Shown here piece after piece: positions 58,997-64,000 of a stretch of DNA of 64,000 bases (position 1 is its first letter; every line of letters starts with the position of its first letter). The translations under genes and the position numbers were made by a program. The DNA is from Bdellovibrionota bacterium (GTDB lineage Bacteria; Bdellovibrionota_C; UBA2361; JAAYZI01): assembly GCA_050950765.1 (NCBI GenBank), contig JBMNIF010000002.1:1056001-1120000 (forward strand), in the 5' to 3' direction. The notes beneath the pieces were generated by a model. The model ran no database searches, was not told the DNA's origin, and saw only the letters and a program-made list of their open reading frames with translations.

Positions 58997-60220
58997 TTAA
59001 AATGTACTGAACCCACTTGAAGTTTGCGGATTTTTTCTTTGCAGCTTCATCCGTTCAATATCAAGAGCTTTCTTTTTGTTGCGCCAACTTGTGACGCAAG
59101 CCGGAGTAAAGTCTCCATAGCGGGCACAAGTTGCAGCAGGAATTTGCTTTGAAAAACTCTTGGCATCATCAATAGCTTTTTGGCATGTGGTGGTAAGTAA
59201 TCTGATGCGCCAAGTCGGTCGTTGCTCCTTCTTAGAAGCTACTTCCGTTTGCTTCCTATTTTTGGTGTTAAACGGATCGTGCCCTTTGTAACGATCTAAT
59301 CTGGTTGGTGTCGGGGTTGGGGATGGTTGCGGTGTGCGAACTGTCAATTCTTTAAGAAGATTATTTAACTTCGGATCTTTTAACTTGTTAGATTTTTTGT
59401 AAGCTATATTTTTTTCTGGCGCTGGTTCCTGATGCACAATTTTTGTTAGTGAAGTATTGCACTGGAGTGCAATAAGATCGGAGTGTTGTTTCTCTATCTG
59501 GCGGCGTACCTTGATAAGCTCATTAAACCCTGCTTTGTTCGCTTTTAATTCTCGATATTGCTTTATTGAGTCTATAATCTGGTTGTTTAGCGTGGGGATG
59601 TCCTGTTCTAACATCTGTGCTTTGATCTTGGTTGTAAGAGCTAAATCTTCCGGATCTATCTTCTCTAAATCAAGTACATCAATATATTGGTTGCTATAAG
59701 CACTTTTACACTCTTCCGAATCTATGCCGTGTTTCGCACATGGGATAATAGGGGAGCCTTGAAAGATCTCTTCAAGTTTAGAGAGGTATTCTAAACATTT
59801 GGGATGTGTCGGATTCCCCTCATATTGAAGCGTTTTGAAAAGATACGGCATGCAATACAGTTCAGAAAGTTTTTCGTAGATGACAGTTAATTTATCATCA
59901 ATAAGCTCTTGATCTGTTGTGGAGCCGAGACCTCTTCTCGAAAGAAGCATATCTGCCATAAGTTGATAATAATCAACTCGCATCTTTTGTCTTTGTGAAA
60001 AATTGATCGTTTCAACAACAGGGGACGGCGTAACGGTAGGAGACGGCGTAACGGTAACGGTAGGAAGTTGCGCTTCTGATAAAAGAACCCTCGTCGGAAA
60101 TATCGCAGCTAAAAACGAAACGATAAAAAAACTCTTTTTCAGATTAAAAAAAGTGGCAGCACTCTTATTGCAAGACAACAGATCGGCTAAAAATGAGATG
60201 ATGAAGAAGTTCTTTTTCAT
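58997..60220 (-). CDS. Hypothetical secreted Cys-containing protein with Pro/Thr linkers
   Basis: Signal-like N-terminus present twice, TPSPT linkers, multiple cysteines. Confidence 0.7.
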   Translation of the reverse strand: MKKNFFIISFLADLLSCNKSAATFFNLKKSFFIVSFLAAIFPTRVLLSEAQLPTVTVTPSPTVTPSPVVETINFSQRQKMRVDYYQLMADMLLSRRGLGSTTDQELIDDKLTVIYEKLSELYCMPYLFKTLQYEGNPTHPKCLEYLSKLEEIFQGSPIIPCAKHGIDSEECKSAYSNQYIDVLDLEKIDPEDLALTTKIKAQMLEQDIPTLNNQIIDSIKQYRELKANKAGFNELIKVRRQIEKQHSDLIALQCNTSLTKIVHQEPAPEKNIAYKKSNKLKDPKLNNLLKELTVRTPQPSPTPTPTRLDRYKGHDPFNTKNRKQTEVASKKEQRPTWRIRLLTTTCQKAIDDAKSFSKQIPAATCARYGDFTPACVTSWRNKKKALDIERMKLQRKNPQTSSGFSTF

Positions 60221-60466
60221 AAGCGTAAATTAAAAGATACCGTTCACTTGGTACAAACGAGAGAGAAACCTGCATATACTAAAGATTCTCACAGATGAGG
60301 TAAAGTTTCGTCAATCTGCAGTTTTTATCAATAATTTTGGTCAATTAATAATTAAAAAATTGGACTAAGAAAATTTACTACATTGAAAGAGTATAAATAT
60401 TTGAAGCAGTTATTACTTCTTAAGAGATTGTCTATTAACAGCAACTAGTTTTTTGGGGAGGCTGTT

Positions 60467-61441
60467 ATGTTTAAAAAACTTGGCATAGTACATAAATGGA
60501 TTAAAACATGGGGGGCTCTTCCAGTTTGGAGCTGGGTTAGAGCAGCCGAGTACTATGAGAAAAAAGATTTTAGACACGCTTCTGAACTTTATAAAAAAGG
60601 GTTAGAAACTCATTTAAACCACCCTGCCGGAGTGTGTGCGGCAATCGATCTGGCGAATTGTTTTTTAAAATTAAATAGGTTGGAAGATGCTGAAAGTATC
60701 TTGGTTGAGACACTTTCTAAAAATCCGAATCAGAAAGAGGTCGCTTTAAGGTTAATAAAAATTTATGACCGAAGTGGTAATTATGTTAAATCCTCTTTAA
60801 TCTGGCGTGATATAGTTAAACGATATCCTAATAACCCTGACTATGTGGCACGCTTTATCTTAGGTGTACTTGAAAATGGTGGCCCGTCCGCTCTTTTGCA
60901 AGAGGCGGTTTTAGCGTTGTTAGCGCTAGATCCTAAGCTACTTAGTTGCCCGTTAATAGAGGTTGCTAGAGCAGCTCTGATTGTTCAAAAGAGAGATCCG
61001 AAAAGGGGGCGTGCCGTTCTAGCGGTTATTGCAGGGCGCGAAAACGCACCATTCGAAAGCTATCTTTGGTTTGCTCGAGCTTTATTGAAAGAGGGTAGCG
61101 CTAGGCAGGCGCGTGAGTGGCTTACTAAAGCCTTAGAGTTAAAAAGCAATCATCCAGAAGTGTTGAGTTTATTGGCACAGACCTACCTTTTTACCAGTAA
61201 AGAATATGAACCTGAGTTTGCAGTTCAATTGGCTACAAGCGCTTGTCAAAATTCAAATTGGTTAAATCCGTTACAGATGCACACATTGGCGCAAGCTTTT
61301 TATCAGGTAGGGGATAGGATGTCGGCACTCTTAGTTGCCAGCAAGGCCAAAGAGGTAGGGAGACGGCGCTTCGGTGTATTTAAAGATGCAGATAATATTG
61401 ATCGCTTGATAGAGGAGCTCTCATCCGGAACTTTAGCATAA
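60467..61441 (+). CDS. Tetratricopeptide repeat protein
   Basis: Repeated helical A/L...A...P patterns; GGAGG RBS. Confidence 0.8.
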   Translation: MFKKLGIVHKWIKTWGALPVWSWVRAAEYYEKKDFRHASELYKKGLETHLNHPAGVCAAIDLANCFLKLNRLEDAESILVETLSKNPNQKEVALRLIKIYDRSGNYVKSSLIWRDIVKRYPNNPDYVARFILGVLENGGPSALLQEAVLALLALDPKLLSCPLIEVARAALIVQKRDPKRGRAVLAVIAGRENAPFESYLWFARALLKEGSARQAREWLTKALELKSNHPEVLSLLAQTYLFTSKEYEPEFAVQLATSACQNSNWLNPLQMHTLAQAFYQVGDRMSALLVASKAKEVGRRRFGVFKDADNIDRLIEELSSGTLA

Positions 61442-61469
61442 GGTTCGAGCTCTACTTAATCGTGTGTAG

Positions 61470-61817
61470 CTACAAGCTTAAAAACCTATCAAGAGCGTTT
61501 TCAACTTTTGCTTCCGTTAGTGGTTGGGTTAAAAAGATCCCATCTCTGTTTTGGGGGATCTGAGATGAAATCACTAAACAACGTTGCTTAGCTTCTTGAG
61601 AAAGGTGTTTATAATACTGTAATTCTGTAATAATCTTCTCTGATTCTGTTAACTGTTCAATTCGTTCGATCGTATTTGTTTCAACTTCGCGAGTTTGTAA
61701 AAGTTGAGAGAATAGAAAAGTAACCGTCTTATCTGAAAAAAGGATTGCTACCTTCTGATAATTACTACTCTTCACTGCAAGGGATAATAAAGTTTTGTCA
61801 GACATCTTTTTTTTCAT
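61470..61817 (-). CDS. Hypothetical protein
   Basis: 115 aa ORF filling the gap between two genes. Confidence 0.5.
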   Translation of the reverse strand: MKKKMSDKTLLSLAVKSSNYQKVAILFSDKTVTFLFSQLLQTREVETNTIERIEQLTESEKIITELQYYKHLSQEAKQRCLVISSQIPQNRDGIFLTQPLTEAKVENALDRFLSL

Positions 61818-62040
61818 GACTTCATTAGATGTTGCGTTTTTTAGATTAGATCTAAAAAGATGGTTCTTTTTTTGTTAGTATTATTGAGATGTTATTCATT
61901 TTTTAGGTATAATCTGCGGGATTGTGCGCAGATAAATCAGGTTCAGAAAGGTATTGGATGAATTAGTACGTAATTCTGCTTTTATGTGGTATGTTTTTCT
62001 GCAGGTGTGGAAGGGCGTACGGTAAAGAAGAGGGCGGCGC

Positions 62041-63534
62041 ATGCTAAAGAAAAGTTGGAAATTGATATCTCAATTGGAGAAGATCGGTGATTTTTTAATC
62101 GCCATTATAGCGTTTTTCTTGGCGTATTATGGACGTGCCTCTTTTGTATTTTGGAATGAGGTGTGTGAGTGGGGGCTCCCTTTTGCTGGAGAATCTTTGG
62201 CACCTATTAGCGATTATGTACTTGTTATCTTAATCGCGCTTTTTACCCAAACTGTTGTGCTGAATATCATGGGTGCATACAGCAGTATGCGTCTTAGAAG
62301 TTCGCTGCAAGTACTGTGGATGTTTGTTGTTAATTCAATAGCGGTTTTTTTTACACTGGCTGCTGCGTCGTTTTTACTAAAATTGGATTTTAGCCGTAGC
62401 TTTATTGCTTTATTCGCTATCCTCTTGCTTCTGATGTTGGCTGCTGAACGGTATGTGGTCTTATGGCTATTAAGGTTTTTCAGAAGGCGGGGCTTTAATT
62501 ATAGGAATGTTGTAATTTGCGGAACGGGTAAACAAGCTCTGATCTTAACTGCTAGAATTACAGCGAAACCGGAGTTGGGGTTAATGATTCGTTCTTATGC
62601 TGATTTAAGTATCGATGCTGAGCAGCGATCTAAAAACATTCACCGCTTTAAGCAGGAGCTAAAGCTTATACCTAAAACAAGAACGGTACGCGTGGTCGAG
62701 GGTGTGGCTGATTTAGAGAAAGTCCTCTCTGATTGCGCTATTGATGAAGTTATCTTTACCGATACCTTGTACGTGATGCCGCAAGTTAGAGATGTTGTAC
62801 AACTTTGCGCAGAGCAAGGTATTCGTACCACGATCGCCGCAGATCTCTTTAGTACAGGGCTGGTGAAGTCAGGGCTCAGTTACTTTGAAGGGATCCCATT
62901 AGTTCACTTTGTAACCCCTCCAGGAGATATGTGGGAGTTAACACTTAAGCGTTGTCTCGATATCGTTGTTTCAGCGCTACTCTTGGTGCTTCTGATGCCG
63001 TTCCTTATCCTTGTGGGGATCATAATTAAGTTAACCTCACCTGGTCCGATCTTGTATGTGCAAAAGAGGGTAGGTTTGAACGGGCACCAATTCGATCTTT
63101 ATAAATTCAGATCGATGTATGTTGATGCTGATAAACGCCTTCCCGACTTAATGGCACAAAATGAGATGTCGGGACCTGCCTTTAAGATGAAGAACGATCC
63201 ACGTGTTACCCCTGTTGGGAAGTGGCTTAGACGGTACAGCATCGACGAGTTGCCGCAGCTGTGGAACGTTCTGATAGGTGATATGAGTTTAGTTGGACCC
63301 CGTCCACCCGTTCCAGGGGAGGTGCGTGCTTATGAAAGACGGTACCGCCGCAGACTTTCAATGCGACCAGGGATGACGTGTACGTGGCAAGTTAGTGGGC
63401 GTAACGACATCACTGATTTCAGTAAGTGGGTTCAGTTGGATCTCGAATATATAGATAATTGGTCGTTAACGAAGGATCTCTCCCTACTTTTTCGCACGAT
63501 CCCTGCCGTTCTCTTTGGGCAAGGGGCGCATTAA
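62041..63534 (+). CDS. Polyprenyl-phosphate glycosylphosphotransferase (WcaJ/CpsE-like priming sugar transferase)
   Basis: N-terminal TMs, [38 protein letters not shown]. Confidence 0.94.
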   Translation: MLKKSWKLISQLEKIGDFLIAIIAFFLAYYGRASFVFWNEVCEWGLPFAGESLAPISDYVLVILIALFTQTVVLNIMGAYSSMRLRSSLQVLWMFVVNSIAVFFTLAAASFLLKLDFSRSFIALFAILLLLMLAAERYVVLWLLRFFRRRGFNYRNVVICGTGKQALILTARITAKPELGLMIRSYADLSIDAEQRSKNIHRFKQELKLIPKTRTVRVVEGVADLEKVLSDCAIDEVIFTDTLYVMPQVRDVVQLCAEQGIRTTIAADLFSTGLVKSGLSYFEGIPLVHFVTPPGDMWELTLKRCLDIVVSALLLVLLMPFLILVGIIIKLTSPGPILYVQKRVGLNGHQFDLYKFRSMYVDADKRLPDLMAQNEMSGPAFKMKNDPRVTPVGKWLRRYSIDELPQLWNVLIGDMSLVGPRPPVPGEVRAYERRYRRRLSMRPGMTCTWQVSGRNDITDFSKWVQLDLEYIDNWSLTKDLSLLFRTIPAVLFGQGAH

Positions 63535-63667
63535 GGTGCGGCTAACTGAAGGGTAGGAATATCATATAGTTATGAAACGGTAAAAAAATGCTCAACTTCG
63601 GCAGATCTACTGTCGATAACTGTATTCAAGTAGCTATGTGTGTGGGCAATTAAGGAAGGTTGCCAAG

Positions 63668-63985
63668 ATGACTATTCGTGTAATTCATGAATCCGTGAGG
63701 GGGAGCCCTCAAGTTGATATCGTCAAGAAAAATATATCGAGAGAACAGCCTAAGGTTCAATCTCAAAGTGGTGCTGTATCTACGCAGCCACCGTTGGAGA
63801 GTGGCTCTCGTTCAGGTGTTGTTGCATTAGCGGCATCATCTACTCCGCATAATTCCGGCAGTGTAAAAACTTATAAAGAAGCAAAAGAAACTGCCAAAGA
63901 TATTGCAGAGAGGGTCTTGTATGAAGGTGAAGGCTTGAACGCACACAGAGATGTTTTAACTTCAGCAAAAGAGTATATCGTATAG
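63668..63985 (+). CDS. Hypothetical protein
   Basis: ORF with ATG downstream of AAGGAAGG; no motif recognised. Confidence 0.55.
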   Translation: MTIRVIHESVRGSPQVDIVKKNISREQPKVQSQSGAVSTQPPLESGSRSGVVALAASSTPHNSGSVKTYKEAKETAKDIAERVLYEGEGLNAHRDVLTSAKEYIV

Positions 63986-64000
63986 TAAGGCACGGGAGTC

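Overview
A 64 kb core-genome window from a Gram-negative bacterium (LpxC and LptE present). Gene order and protein style suggest a deltaproteobacteria-like lineage; this is an inference. In order it holds: purL (partial), a large MscS channel, gdhA, a SprT-like gene, two tRNA-Gly, a tyrosine recombinase, coaE, the rimP-nusA-ylxR-infB-rbfA-nrnA-truB-purA run, a receiver-domain/LpxC fusion, mreB, the full str/S10/spc/alpha ribosomal protein cluster (secY split by one extra T), lptE, a 16S-23S-5S operon, trpS, a TreZ-like GH13, a radical SAM enzyme, tRNA(CAT), a zinc-ribbon protein, a 1 kb mosaic repeat array, dprA, TPR and hypothetical genes, and a WcaJ-like transferase. Most notable observations: (1) an intact response-regulator receiver domain fused to LpxC; (2) several non-canonical changes in the decoding apparatus (EF-Tu switch I, S12 K88R, compensated 16S U1404-A1497, compensated 23S H69 swap); (3) a modular array of 14 TGGTGCCACCC cores with two IHF-consensus leaders; (4) tandem 5S rRNA fragment repeats carrying a segment antisense to 5S; (5) a ~196 nt hairpin insertion in 23S domain I. 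Scattered single-base indels suggest residual assembly errors, so uncompensated single-base oddities are treated cautiously.
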